Position numbers and translations under genes: made by a program
In this document: positions 47,296 through 57,237 of the stretch, in pieces
How positions within the stretch are numbered: position 1 is the first letter of the stretch
Layout of the letters: each line of letters starts with the position of its first letter
Source: Candidatus Sericytochromatia bacterium
GTDB lineage: Bacteria > Cyanobacteriota > Sericytochromatia > S15B-MN24 > JAQBPE01
Reading direction: 5' to 3'
DNA length: 64,000 nt
Assembly (NCBI GenBank): GCA_036675505.1
Contig: JAKFEW010000041.1
Span: 8,580 to 72,579 of the forward strand
Notes under the pieces: generated by a model
The model's database searches: none
The model's input: only the letters and a program-made list of their open reading frames with translations
Told to the model about the DNA's origin: nothing

Positions 47296-49337
47296 GGGCG
47301 GACCTCGAAGATCGTGACGGAGGCCCGTTTGAAGCGGTACGCGCCCAGGTTGGGGCTGGTGGAGACGATTTCGTCAGCGTTGGCGGCATCCCACCCCGCC
47401 GCGGCCGAGAGCTCGTAGGCCGTCGCCGAGCTCGGCTGGAAGCCCACGTCCACGCGCGCGGTCACGTCGAGGTCGTTCAGGCGGTTGATCACCATCACGA
47501 AGACCCGGTCGCCGCTCTTGGCGGCGGCGAAGCCCAGGCGCGGCAGCGTGACGTTCGTCGCCACGCCGGCCACCTGGATCGCCGGTATGCCCGAGCCGCT
47601 GCTCGCGACGGCCAGGTCGCCCCAGTGCCGGGCGATCATGCGTTCCAGCTTGAAGATGGCGGTGGGGCGGGCCGGATCGTCCCCGAAGAACAGGGCGTCG
47701 TCCGCCGCTTCCTCGTGGTCCAGGCCCAGGACCGGGCAGAGGCGGATGTCCTGGTTGAAGGCGAGCGCGATCGAGTCAGCCGTGTAGAGGGCGCCGAACA
47801 TGCCGCGCGCCCGCGTGGCGTCGCCGTAGAAGCCGACCATGAACTCGGTGTTGGCGATCCAGACCGATCGCCCGCCCGCGTACTGCCGGATGGCCGGCTT
47901 GATCTCGTTCTCGATTTTCTGCCGGTTCCACTCGTTCTGGGCCATGATCTGTTTCAGGTTCACCGAGCTGTAGTTCGCCACTGGCCAGGACGGATAGCCG
48001 TGGAACGTCAGGAAGTCCACCTGGTCGCCCATCGTGGTCAGGATGTTCTTGACGGTCGTCGCGCCGCCGCTCCAGCCGTTGCCGGTCCAGCTCGAGTTGG
48101 TCGTGGCGACCGCCCCGATCTGGATCGGCACGTCCGAGGCCGCGCGCATCTGCTGGGCGAAGGTCCTGGCGCGCTGGGCGTAGACCGTCTCGTTGGGCGC
48201 ATAGTTGGGGTGGCCGCGCTGCCCGATCCAGCTGATCTCGTTGCCCAGCTCGAACAGGCGCGTGGGCTGCGTGTTGGCGTTGGGGTAGCGCAGCCGATTC
48301 GCGTCGCCGGCATGGTTCAGGTAGCTCACATAGCGCGCCGCTTCCTCGGCCGTGCCGGTGCCGAAGTTGATCACATGGAAGGGATCCGCGCCCATGGCCT
48401 GGGCTTCATCCAGGTAATGGCGGATATCGTCGTAGGGATAGGGCCCGGTCAAGCCCCAGCTGGACGCGAAGTGGAAGCCCACCATGTTCGCGTAGTCGTA
48501 GCGCCCGTCGGTCGGGCCGTGGCCCATGCGATAGACGAAGCTGTCCGAGCCCCAGGTGGGGCGCAGCTCACGCAGCTTGGCGAGCTGCGCCGCCGCGTTG
48601 CCGAAGCTCGACTTCACGTGGTTGCGGACGGTGCCCAGCACGTGGCCCGTCGTGGCGTGCAGGACCCGGTCGGGACGCACCAGGATGGTCGCGCCGACCG
48701 GCGCGGTGCCGCTCGGCGTGGGCGCCGGCGTGGGGGCGGCCGACGGAAAGGCGGTGGGCGAGCCCTGGGGCGCCGGCGTGGCCGTCGGCAGCGGGGTGGG
48801 GGCCGGGGAGCCCGAGGCCGTGCCGTTGACCACCAGCTCGAAAATCGAGAAGTGGGCGGCGGGCGCGGCGGGGTTGTTGCGCCAGAACACGCGCAGGCGC
48901 CGGCCGGCGGTGCCTGCGGGGAGCGTCTTGGTCTCCATGCCCCAGGTCGTGTTGCGCTGGCCTGCGAGCACCGTGGTCCAGGCGCTGCCGTCGTTCGAAG
49001 CTTGCAAATCGTACGCCGCGCCGGCCGCCGTCGGCCCGGTCTTGATCGCCACGCTGGCGAGGGTCGCGGCCCGGCCGAGGTCTACCGCCGCCCAGCTGGT
49101 CGCCGCCTTGTAGGGGCCGTTGGTCCACTCGGTGGCCTGGTTGCCGTCCGCTAGGCGGGCGGGTGGAAGCCCCGCGACGGCGCTGTCCGCGCTCACGGCG
49201 ACGATCGCCAGCGGCGCCACCGCCTGGAGCTGGAAGCGACGTGCCTCGGATGCGCCTGGGCTCGTCGCCGGCGGTACTGGCCCGCAAGAGAGCAAGATCA
49301 GCAACGGGGCGGGCCACCAGCGCGATCGAATTTTCAT
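47292..49337 (-). CDS. Lipoprotein with an N-terminal discoidin-like domain and a glycoside hydrolase domain (clan GH-A like).
   Basis: The N-terminal domain is about 75% identical to that of the upstream gene (LADGNQATEWTNGPY...). The catalytic region has LFELGNEISW (an NE/GNE acid/base-type motif). There is a 4-nt overlap with the upstream gene. Confidence 0.6.
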   Translation of the reverse strand: MKIRSRWWPAPLLILLSCGPVPPATSPGASEARRFQLQAVAPLAIVAVSADSAVAGLPPARLADGNQATEWTNGPYKAATSWAAVDLGRAATLASVAIKTGPTAAGAAYDLQASNDGSAWTTVLAGQRNTTWGMETKTLPAGTAGRRLRVFWRNNPAAPAAHFSIFELVVNGTASGSPAPTPLPTATPAPQGSPTAFPSAAPTPAPTPSGTAPVGATILVRPDRVLHATTGHVLGTVRNHVKSSFGNAAAQLAKLRELRPTWGSDSFVYRMGHGPTDGRYDYANMVGFHFASSWGLTGPYPYDDIRHYLDEAQAMGADPFHVINFGTGTAEEAARYVSYLNHAGDANRLRYPNANTQPTRLFELGNEISWIGQRGHPNYAPNETVYAQRARTFAQQMRAASDVPIQIGAVATTNSSWTGNGWSGGATTVKNILTTMGDQVDFLTFHGYPSWPVANYSSVNLKQIMAQNEWNRQKIENEIKPAIRQYAGGRSVWIANTEFMVGFYGDATRARGMFGALYTADSIALAFNQDIRLCPVLGLDHEEAADDALFFGDDPARPTAIFKLERMIARHWGDLAVASSGSGIPAIQVAGVATNVTLPRLGFAAAKSGDRVFVMVINRLNDLDVTARVDVGFQPSSATAYELSAAAGWDAANADEIVSTSPNLGAYRFKRASVTIFEVRP

Positions 49338-49470
49338 GGGTCGAGCGTAGCATCGACCTTACCCGACCTGAACATCCATTGTGAACACCCATTTTCGATG
49401 ATGAGAGGCCGGGGCTTTCGCCGCGGCCTCTCATCATGAGGTGTGTCGAAATGATGGAAGAATCAGGTGG

Positions 49471-51117
49471 TCACGGGAAAACTTGGCCACGGAGCTCGCC
49501 ACTCGCGAAGTCGCCGGGGCCCGTGTCGATCGGCGCGACGCCGTCGTCCGTATGGACGTTCACGTAGACCGTGCCGGCCTGGAGCTGCGCGACCAGGTCC
49601 GCGAGGGTGCTGCCGGCCAGCGCGCCCGTCAGGTCGGCGGCCGTCAGGGCGTCGCCCTCCACGCCGCCCTCGATGAGGTTCGCCACGATGTCGCCGTTCA
49701 CGCCCGGCGCGCCCAGGTGGATGTGCGCGCTGTCCAAGTTCTGAAGGGACGAGAACGTGAAATCGAAATCCAGCGAGAGGCCGTCCGCGCTCAGGCTGAA
49801 CGCGACGGTGCCGGTCGCGTCGGTGATGCGCGGTGGCACTTCGTTCGCGCCGCTGAGCGGGATGGCGGTCGCGTAGGGCGACGGCGTCGGGGTCGGCGTC
49901 GGTTCCACTGTCGGGGTGGCCGATGGCGTCGGCTCGGCCGTGGGGGTGGCTGACGGGGTCGGCTCGACTGTCGGGGGCGCCGATGGCGTCGGCTCGGCCG
50001 TCGGCGTCGGTTCCGCCGTCGGCGTCGGTTCCGCGGTCGGCGAGGCCGACGGGGTCGGGCCGGTGACGACGCCCGCGTCGCAGACCAGCAGGCCACCCAC
50101 GCCGCCGGTGTCGAAGGCGAACACGATCCGGCTCGCGGCCGTGTCCGGCACGTCGAGCGTGGCGAGCGAGCCTTCGGTCGGCGTCCAGCTCTCGGCGAGC
50201 GTCGTCGTCGTGCCGTCTGCCGCGACGGCGGAGACGTTCACCGACACCCGCGCGGCCGCCGCGGTGGCGCCCTGCGAGTCGCCCAGGCTGAGCTTCAGCT
50301 GCACGGCCGTGACGGTCGGCGTGCCTGCGAGGTCGACGGTCAACGTCGGGCTGGCGTCGTCTGGCGCCGGCGCCCAGGCCGAGCTGAGGTTCTCGTCGAT
50401 CGCGTTGCTCGCCACGAACCACACGCCGCTGCGCGCGGAGCTCACGGCCACGCCTTCGATCGGCGGGGTCGTGGTGGGCACCGGCGTCGGCCCGCCTGAA
50501 GGCGTCGTGGTCGGCGACGGCTGGGTCGACGGCGATGCTGTCGGGCCGGGACCTGTGAGCGCGATCGCTTCGCACACCAGCAGGCCATCCAGGCCACCGG
50601 TGTCAAACGTGAATCGGAGCTTGCTCGCGGTCGTTGCGGGCACGGCGAACGTTTCGATGATCGTCTCGGCCGGCGTCCAGCCCGAGGCGATGGTCGTGGC
50701 GGTGCCGTCTTCGGCCACGGCCGCGACGGTGACCTTCACGCGTGCGTTGGCGGGAGACGAGGTCTGGCCGATGCTGAGCTTCACCTTCACGCCCGTGATG
50801 GTGAAGACACCTCCCAGGTCCAGGGTCAGCGACGGATTGTCGTCGCCCGCCGCGGGCGCCCAGGCGGTATTGTAGCGCTTGTCGAGCGTGTTCGTGGGGC
50901 TGAAGAACGACGTGTTGCGGGTCGAGCTCGCCGTCACGCCGACGACATCCACCTCGGTCGTGACGGGCTCGTCCTGCAGCGCGTAGCCGGTGGTGCGGTC
51001 GGCGCCTGGCCCGCCGCCCGGCGTTGGCGCGCCGGCGGGGCCGGTGGGGGGCTGTGTGGCGCAGCCGAAGACCAACAGGCCGGTGATGAGGGCTGCAATC
51101 CGACGTTCACGATTCAT
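49471..51117 (-). CDS. Lipoprotein with two discoidin-like domains, a (TAEPTP)n linker and a C-terminal CHRD domain.
   Basis: Lipobox LVFGCA. The two discoidin-like domains are related to 44074-45462. The CHRD signature is GANEVPP...AHIHLGAPGVNGDIV. Confidence 0.65.
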   Translation of the reverse strand: MNRERRIAALITGLLVFGCATQPPTGPAGAPTPGGGPGADRTTGYALQDEPVTTEVDVVGVTASSTRNTSFFSPTNTLDKRYNTAWAPAAGDDNPSLTLDLGGVFTITGVKVKLSIGQTSSPANARVKVTVAAVAEDGTATTIASGWTPAETIIETFAVPATTASKLRFTFDTGGLDGLLVCEAIALTGPGPTASPSTQPSPTTTPSGGPTPVPTTTPPIEGVAVSSARSGVWFVASNAIDENLSSAWAPAPDDASPTLTVDLAGTPTVTAVQLKLSLGDSQGATAAAARVSVNVSAVAADGTTTTLAESWTPTEGSLATLDVPDTAASRIVFAFDTGGVGGLLVCDAGVVTGPTPSASPTAEPTPTAEPTPTAEPTPSAPPTVEPTPSATPTAEPTPSATPTVEPTPTPTPSPYATAIPLSGANEVPPRITDATGTVAFSLSADGLSLDFDFTFSSLQNLDSAHIHLGAPGVNGDIVANLIEGGVEGDALTAADLTGALAGSTLADLVAQLQAGTVYVNVHTDDGVAPIDTGPGDFASGELRGQVFP

Positions 51118-51414
51118 GCGTTCCTCCCTTCCCGGTCCGGATGCCGTCTTCGGCCCGGACTTCCTGGGTCATCCTAACCACTCCTGCCGAGCGGTGTTCA
51201 CAATAAACAGGGGGTCTCTTGCAAAATCGACACAGGATCCACGCCGACGCCGGTTGGGCAACGGGCGAGCACCGGGCAACAACTTTTACTTAAATTAACC
51301 TTAATCGATGATTAACCAATTAACACGTCAGGCAAATCCTTAAGGCGGAGATAACCTGCCTATAAGACTTTGTTGATCCATGGCTCCCCGCCCCCGAGAG
51401 GAACCGAACCCCAT

Positions 51415-52095
51415 ATGAAGAAGCTGATCCCCGCCGCCCTGGCCCTGGTCGTTTTGTCCGGCTGCGGCACCGCCGTAGGCCCCTTCGCGCCGAAGAGCCG
51501 CATGGGCGCGATGCAGGCCCAGTCCGCCGCCGGCGCCGCCAAGGGCGTGCGCGCCATCTACAAGGCCGCGTTCAAGGCCGCCGACAAGAACGCCAATGGC
51601 TACCTGATCCTCGCCGAGATGCCGGCCGTGATGCCGGGCGTCGGCCCGGCCGGCGAGGCGCCCGCGGATCCCGCCGTGGCCGCCAAGGCGCTCTTCGACC
51701 AGCTCGACGCGAACAAGGACAAGAAGGTCCGCTGGCGCGAATTCCTCTCCAAGGCCACGTTCGAGACCGCCGTCGCCACGTTCCGCTTCGAGGCGGGCAA
51801 GGCGTTCGCGACACTCGACAAGAACGGCGACCACCAGCTGACCGACGGCGAGTTCGAAGGCTCTCCGGTCACCGGCGAGCAGGCCGACAAGAACAAGAAC
51901 GGCAAGGTCACCCTGTCGGAGTTCGAGGACGCGTTCGCCGCGACCCTCGCCGCCGGCCCCGAGCCGATCGACCCGCCCGCGCCCCCCGCCCCGCCGGCGC
52001 CGCCCGCGCCGGCCCCGGGCGAGAACCCCGCGCCGCCGGCCCCCCCCGCCCCGGAACCGGCACCCCCGGCGCCTCCGGCCCCGACCGAGAACTAG
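51415..52095 (+). CDS. EF-hand lipoprotein with a proline-rich C-terminal tail.
   Basis: Lipobox LSGCG. EF-hand loops are DKNANGYLILAE, DANKDKKVRWREF, DKNGDHQLTDGEF and DKNKNGKVTLSEF. The tail is PPAPPAPPAPPAP. Confidence 0.65.
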   Translation: MKKLIPAALALVVLSGCGTAVGPFAPKSRMGAMQAQSAAGAAKGVRAIYKAAFKAADKNANGYLILAEMPAVMPGVGPAGEAPADPAVAAKALFDQLDANKDKKVRWREFLSKATFETAVATFRFEAGKAFATLDKNGDHQLTDGEFEGSPVTGEQADKNKNGKVTLSEFEDAFAATLAAGPEPIDPPAPPAPPAPPAPAPGENPAPPAPPAPEPAPPAPPAPTEN

Positions 52096-52166
52096 GAAGC
52101 CGGCTGAACAGCCGCATCGCCCCCGGCCAACGGCGTCCGGGGGCGATGCTCATGGTCGTAGACAGG

Positions 52167-52928
52167 TCAGTCGGGAATCGTCGACGGGATCCCGGTCGGC
52201 GTCGGTGTCGGCACCGGCGTGGCCGTGGGCGACGGCGTCGGCGTCGGCTTGATCGTCGGCGTCACGGTCGGTGCGGGGGTCGGGCAGGCCACGGTCCGGC
52301 AGCCCTTGAACGCGACCTCGCAGACCAGCACGTCGGAGATGTTGCCTGATGCCCCCGGTCGGATGCGGAAGAAAAGCTTGGCCTTGCTCGCGATGGTGTC
52401 GGGGATGTCGAGCGTGTAGAGCACGGTCTCCTTGGGTCTGAGGCCGGCGCCGACGAGCTTCAGGGTCGTGTCGGACTCCTTTTCGGCCATGTAGACGTCG
52501 ACGAGCACGCGCTCGTTCCACGGGCCCGACGTCCCACGGAGGCTCAGCTTGATGTCGAGCGTCTTGACGAACCACGCGCAGTCGAAGACGTAGCGCAGCC
52601 ACGGCTTCTTGTCGTCCCAGTTCGCCCCCCAAGCGGTGTTCGTGATGCCGTCGATCGTATTCTGGGGCTGGAAGTAGGGCGTCGAAGGGCTGCGGACCGA
52701 GCTCGCCGTGACCGATTTGATCGCCACGCGGGTCGGGCTGCTGCACTGCGGCGTCGGGATCGGGGTCGGGGAAGCCACCACCTGGACCTGGTAGCGCCGG
52801 GCCGTGTCACGCGCCTCGCCGCCCCCGGCACCCGTGATTTGGGTGGGCGTGCCGCCGACGCAGGCGACCCCGACCAACCCCGTGCCCAATCCCAACAGAC
52901 CCACTGCCTTGGGCCATTTGGACCTCAT
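52167..52928 (-). CDS. Lipoprotein with a discoidin-like domain and a PT-rich tail.
   Basis: Start MRSKWPKAV verified at 52928. NTIDGITNTAWGANWDDKKPWLRYVFD is discoidin-like. The tail is PTPAPTVTPTIKPTPTPSPT. Confidence 0.55.
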   Translation of the reverse strand: MRSKWPKAVGLLGLGTGLVGVACVGGTPTQITGAGGGEARDTARRYQVQVVASPTPIPTPQCSSPTRVAIKSVTASSVRSPSTPYFQPQNTIDGITNTAWGANWDDKKPWLRYVFDCAWFVKTLDIKLSLRGTSGPWNERVLVDVYMAEKESDTTLKLVGAGLRPKETVLYTLDIPDTIASKAKLFFRIRPGASGNISDVLVCEVAFKGCRTVACPTPAPTVTPTIKPTPTPSPTATPVPTPTPTGIPSTIPD

Positions 52929-53256
52929 ATCATTCCTCCTTGTCGATCGGCGCGCGCGTATGCGCGCGCGACCGGAAATTCGGCTACGGAGCCCCGGTCG
53001 GCCGCACAATGGTCGCCTGCCTGAGGCTCTCTGTTGGTCGCCATTTGGGCGGCCAGGTGTACACCTGATTCACCGGGTCTTGCTATGAAAATGACATATC
53101 GAAATCATGACGACTACGCACCTGTTGTCCAAATTTGCCAGCAATTTTTGTCACGAGTGCAAGCCGCCTTCGCCAACCCCTGACGCGCCACATAGCGCTC
53201 GCCCCCAAGACTCCGTGGTCCGGGGGCGAGGCGCAAGGTGTATGAGCGGACGGCGC

Positions 53257-54591
53257 TCAGGGCTCGGTGAATGCCCGCCCCATGTCGATGCGGCCGTATT
53301 GCCAGTAGGATGTCCCAACTGGGTCGACCTTGCCCTGGATGCGTGCCTTGACCGCCTCCGCGTTGCCGTACCTCGGCCAGAGCAACGCGGCCAGTCCGGC
53401 GACGAAGGGGGTGGCCATCGACGTGCCGGACTTGTTGCCGTAGTTCTTGAAAAGCCCCGAGTTGAAGTGGTTCGGCAGCGTCGACATGATCGACTCGCCC
53501 GGCGCGCCGACGTCCACCCAGGTGCCGAAGTTCGAGAACGAGGCCTTGGCGTCTGCCTTCGTGGTGGCACCGACCGCGATCACGTCGAGGCCGCCCCACT
53601 CCGCCTCGCCGTCGTAGGCGGCCGGGAAGAACTTGTCTTGCTTGTTGTCGTTGCCCGCCGCCGCCACGAGCAGCAACCCGGCGGCCTGCGCGCGCGTGAG
53701 CGCGTCGAAGATCGGCACGGAGTGCGCGTACATGCCGAAGCTCATGCTGATGACGTTCGCTGGCGGCACGACGACGCCGTCGGCGCGGGTTTCGCCGGTG
53801 GTGGCGTAGTCGATCGCCTGGGCGGTGCGCCACTCTTCAGTCGTGCCTGAGTCGTTGAAGATCTTCAAGTTGTACAGCCGCGCATGACGGTGCGTGCCCG
53901 CGACGCCCTTGGCGTTGTTGGTTACGGCGCCGACGATGCCGGCGACGTGCGTGCCGTGGCTGATCTTGTCGTCGACCGTGGTCGAGCTCGAGAAGTTCTT
54001 GTCGATCAGGATCTTGCCGACCATCGGCGCCGCCGCGGAATTGGTCGGGTCGATGTCCTCGTGGTTCTGGTCGATGCCACAGTCGACCACCGCCACGATC
54101 GCGCCAGGCGTGGCCGCACCGTAGGCGACCTCGTAGGCGTCCCAGGCCTTCACGGCATCCAGCTTGGTGGTGCCGTACGCCCACTGGCTGGTGAACTTGG
54201 GATCGTTGGGGCTCCCTTGCAGGAATAGGCGGCGGTTCGGCCCGGCGTACAGCACGCCGGCGCTCGCCTGTAGCCGGCGCGCAGCGCCAGGTACATCATT
54301 GGTCGGCACCCGCAGCAGCCAGAGGTCGAGGTCCGGGATGCGGTCGAGCACGCGCGCCTGGAGCGCCTCGAGGGCCTGCGGCGGCAGCGTCGGGCCAGCG
54401 GTCTTCACGATGACCTGGCCGGGCGCCTGGTCGGCGGCGCCTTGGAGTGTCCGAATCGGGGAGGTTGGGGCGCCGGCGGATGCATCCGCGGGGGAACCGG
54501 CAGCCGGACCGGGCGGGATCGGCGTGGCGCAGCCGGCGCCCAAAAGGGCCAGCGCCAGCGTGGCGCTCAGGTGGATGTTCTTCACACGCAT
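53257..54591 (-). CDS. Secreted subtilisin-like serine protease (peptidase S8).
   Basis: The catalytic triad motifs are DCGID (Asp), HGTHVAGIVG (His) and GTSMATPFVAG (Ser). A signal peptide with LGAGCA is present. Confidence 0.8.
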   Translation of the reverse strand: MRVKNIHLSATLALALLGAGCATPIPPGPAAGSPADASAGAPTSPIRTLQGAADQAPGQVIVKTAGPTLPPQALEALQARVLDRIPDLDLWLLRVPTNDVPGAARRLQASAGVLYAGPNRRLFLQGSPNDPKFTSQWAYGTTKLDAVKAWDAYEVAYGAATPGAIVAVVDCGIDQNHEDIDPTNSAAAPMVGKILIDKNFSSSTTVDDKISHGTHVAGIVGAVTNNAKGVAGTHRHARLYNLKIFNDSGTTEEWRTAQAIDYATTGETRADGVVVPPANVISMSFGMYAHSVPIFDALTRAQAAGLLLVAAAGNDNKQDKFFPAAYDGEAEWGGLDVIAVGATTKADAKASFSNFGTWVDVGAPGESIMSTLPNHFNSGLFKNYGNKSGTSMATPFVAGLAALLWPRYGNAEAVKARIQGKVDPVGTSYWQYGRIDMGRAFTEP

Positions 54592-54714
54592 TCTCCTAAG
54601 AGTGGAAGTGGGCCTTGGGGCCTGATCACTCTAGGCCGACAGGCGGATGTTCCGCGTGTGAGATTTAGCTAAGGAGTTTGTGTCTCCAGGGAAAAAGGAA
54701 TGCCGGGCGGCGCT

Positions 54715-55248
54715 CTACAGCCGCTGCCCGGCGGCCTTCTCGATGTCGCGGACGTCCTTCATGAAGTCGCGGATCTGCTGGCGCATGAGGCTCATGACCT
54801 CGGGCTTCTTCTTCATCGACTGCAGCGTCTGGTTGAGCTGCTCGTGGATCTTCTCCGAGCGCTCGAGCAGCTCGGGGATGCGGAAGTGCTCCACGCCGTT
54901 GGCCTGCATCATCTCGAGGCGCGTCTTGTGCTCGACGAACCGGTCGAGCGCCTCGGAATACATCTGCATGATTTCTTTGTTGACGGCGTTCCGCGCATCG
55001 GTGACGACGCGCTGGGCCTCGCCCGTCAGGCCCTTCTTGAGGGCGTTCTGTAGCTCGTCGAGCGTCAGCTTGCCGTCGCCGTTGCGATCGATCTCGCGCA
55101 GCTTCGCGCGCAGCTCCTTGCTCACATCGAGCTCGTCGAGCGTGATGTAGCCGTCGACCGTCTTGCTCTCGACCTTGTTCTCGAGCAGCCCGACGGTCCG
55201 TTTCAGCTCATCGAGGAGCTTGCCGAGACCTTGCTTTTCCTTGGCCAT
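54715..55248 (-). CDS. EF-hand domain coiled-coil protein.
   Basis: The EF-hand loop is DRNGDGKLTLDEL. The protein is charged and helical, with no signal peptide. Confidence 0.5.
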   Translation of the reverse strand: MAKEKQGLGKLLDELKRTVGLLENKVESKTVDGYITLDELDVSKELRAKLREIDRNGDGKLTLDELQNALKKGLTGEAQRVVTDARNAVNKEIMQMYSEALDRFVEHKTRLEMMQANGVEHFRIPELLERSEKIHEQLNQTLQSMKKKPEVMSLMRQQIRDFMKDVRDIEKAAGQRL

Positions 55249-55329
55249 GGGCGCCTCCGGTCGCGCGTGTACGGGCTTCTCATACCCACGCTTGTCTCGC
55301 CTGCAACCGCAATCAATGGCCCCCTGGCC

Positions 55330-56943
55330 TCACAGGCGGTGGAGGTTGCTGCCCGACAGGGCCCGGATGGCGCCGCTGGCGGTGACGGCGACACGGTCGA
55401 CGGCGTCCGGCGCCGCCAGTTGCTTCACCACCCCGCCATCGAAGGCGAACAGGCCGCCGGTCTTCTGGCGCGTCGCGATCAGCAGGCCGCCCTCGCCGGT
55501 CGTCGCCAGGTCCCGGATCGGTGCCGGCACGGTGAACCGTTTGCCGGTCGGCTGGGGGCGGTCGGGGATGTTGGCGATCTCGAAGCGGAACAGGTTGTCC
55601 TGGGCCTCGCCCGTGCCGACCCAGAACCAGCCGCCGCCGTCCGCGACGGCCGCCTTCAGGCCGCCCACCAGGCCGGTGAAGCTCAGCTTGTTCGGCGCCA
55701 CGAGCTGCGCCACGGGCTCGCCCTGCGAGACGGGGATGAGCAGGGTGGCGGCGGTGGCGGCCGCCAGGATGTTCCCTGTCGCGTCGACCGCCCCGGCCGT
55801 CAGCGCGGGCGCTGGCAGGATGCCGAAGTCGCGGGCGTCGGCCTCGACGCAGGTCGGCGCCTCGGCCGTGCCGCCGAGCTGGAAGCGATGGAACTTGCCG
55901 GCCGCGCGATCGAAGACGAAGAGGCTGGCGCCCTGGGCCATGGTGAGCGAGGGCGTGAAGGCCAGCTTGGCGACCTCGGGCATGGCGGGCGTGGTGTCGA
56001 CCCGGATGGACTTCTCACTGGTCAACACCACGAACGTCCGCTCGCCATGGGCCGCGAGCCCGACGGGGATCTCGGGCAGCACCGCCCAGGGCGTAGCGGC
56101 GCCTGGCGCAGGGGGGGCGCTCGGCGCGGGCGACGGGCTCGCGCCGGGCGGCGCGGGGGTGCCAGCCGGCTTCGCGGAGGCGGAAGGCTGCGGCCTGGCG
56201 CCAGCCGGCGGTGTCGCGGAGGCTGACGGCCTGGCGGGCGTGGTCGGGGCCTCCAGTGCGGCCGCCGCCGTCTCCACCGCGGGACGCAGGGCGGCCGCGC
56301 GCGTGAAGGTCGCGAGGGGCGCCGCCAGATCGAGCAGCGTCTCGTCGGCCAGCAACACGGGCGCGAGCGCCGCCGCCAGGCGGCCGACGGCCGCGGCATC
56401 GGCCGTCGCCACGTCGGGCACGCGCGCCCGCGCCACGGCCAGCGCCACCGTCGAGGCCGGCGTGACCTCCGCGGCGGTGCCCGTGCGGGCGAGCGCCTCG
56501 AGGGTCCGCCCGACGCCGAGCTCGGCGCGCACGACCCAGGTCTTGTCGGCCTCCACGCCCGGGAAGCGGAAGGCGCCCGCGGCATCGGTGGTGACGGGGC
56601 CGGCGACGGTCTTCCCCTTCGCGTCGGTCAGCACGACCGGCCGGCGCGCCACCGGCACCCACGCGGTCGCAGCGAGCCGGTAGCCGCCGGTGTTGTTGCC
56701 GATCACCAGAGCCCCCTGGTTCGAGACCACGCCCGCCCCGTTGTTCGAGACGACCCCGGCACCGTGGTCGCTGATGAGCGTGGCGGGCGCCTTGACCTTG
56801 CCGGTCAGCTCCGCGAGCTGCGGCGTGCGCTTCACCGACACCGCGCCTATCGTGGCGCCGCCCGGGGTCTGCGCGGGCGGCGCTGCCGTGCAGGCGACGA
56901 GCGTCCCCGCGAGCGCGATCGACACCCCTCGACGCATCGGCAA
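55330..56943 (-). CDS. Lipoprotein with NGAG(V/L)(V/I)xN repeats and a carboxypeptidase-regulatory-like region. Paralogous to the N-terminal region of 61668-64000.
   Basis: Lipobox LVACT. The repeats are DHGAGVVSNNGAGVVSNQGALVIGNN. The beta-sandwich-like segment is VVLTDAKGKTVAGPVTTDAAGAFRFPGV. Confidence 0.55.
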   Translation of the reverse strand: MPMRRGVSIALAGTLVACTAAPPAQTPGGATIGAVSVKRTPQLAELTGKVKAPATLISDHGAGVVSNNGAGVVSNQGALVIGNNTGGYRLAATAWVPVARRPVVLTDAKGKTVAGPVTTDAAGAFRFPGVEADKTWVVRAELGVGRTLEALARTGTAAEVTPASTVALAVARARVPDVATADAAAVGRLAAALAPVLLADETLLDLAAPLATFTRAAALRPAVETAAAALEAPTTPARPSASATPPAGARPQPSASAKPAGTPAPPGASPSPAPSAPPAPGAATPWAVLPEIPVGLAAHGERTFVVLTSEKSIRVDTTPAMPEVAKLAFTPSLTMAQGASLFVFDRAAGKFHRFQLGGTAEAPTCVEADARDFGILPAPALTAGAVDATGNILAAATAATLLIPVSQGEPVAQLVAPNKLSFTGLVGGLKAAVADGGGWFWVGTGEAQDNLFRFEIANIPDRPQPTGKRFTVPAPIRDLATTGEGGLLIATRQKTGGLFAFDGGVVKQLAAPDAVDRVAVTASGAIRALSGSNLHRL

Positions 56944-56964
56944 TTTGCTCCCCTCCCTTGCGGC

Positions 56965-57237
56965 CTACAACGCGTGAATGTCGAGGTCGCAACGGGCCGG
57001 CAACGACGGCGGGATGATCGCGATCAACGACTGGCGCTCGGCCTCGGTGAGCGTGGCCGACGTGCCGAACTTGTCGTGCTTGAACGGCACGCCGAGCGAC
57101 TCGAGCGCGCCCTCGATGCGGCGCACGTCCTTCTTGCGCTCGTGCACCTTCATGGTGGCGGTCTTCTCCGGGACGCCCTCGCCGAGCAGGTCTTCGAGGA
57201 AGAGAACGGGAACGAAAAGCGAGTGTTGAACGGTCAT
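56965..57237 (-). CDS. Small conserved hypothetical protein (90 aa). Translationally coupled to the SWIM gene by an ATGA overlap.
   Basis: Strong GC3 codon bias. The start ATG overlaps the SWIM stop codon. Confidence 0.55.
   Translation of the reverse strand: MTVQHSLFVPVLFLEDLLGEGVPEKTATMKVHERKKDVRRIEGALESLGVPFKHDKFGTSATLTEAERQSLIAIIPPSLPARCDLDIHAL

Noticed and set aside
49880-50060. Tandem nucleotide repeats resembling an array.
   Set aside because: They lie inside a CDS and encode the (TAEPTP)n linker. There are no spacers and no cas genes, so this is not a CRISPR array.
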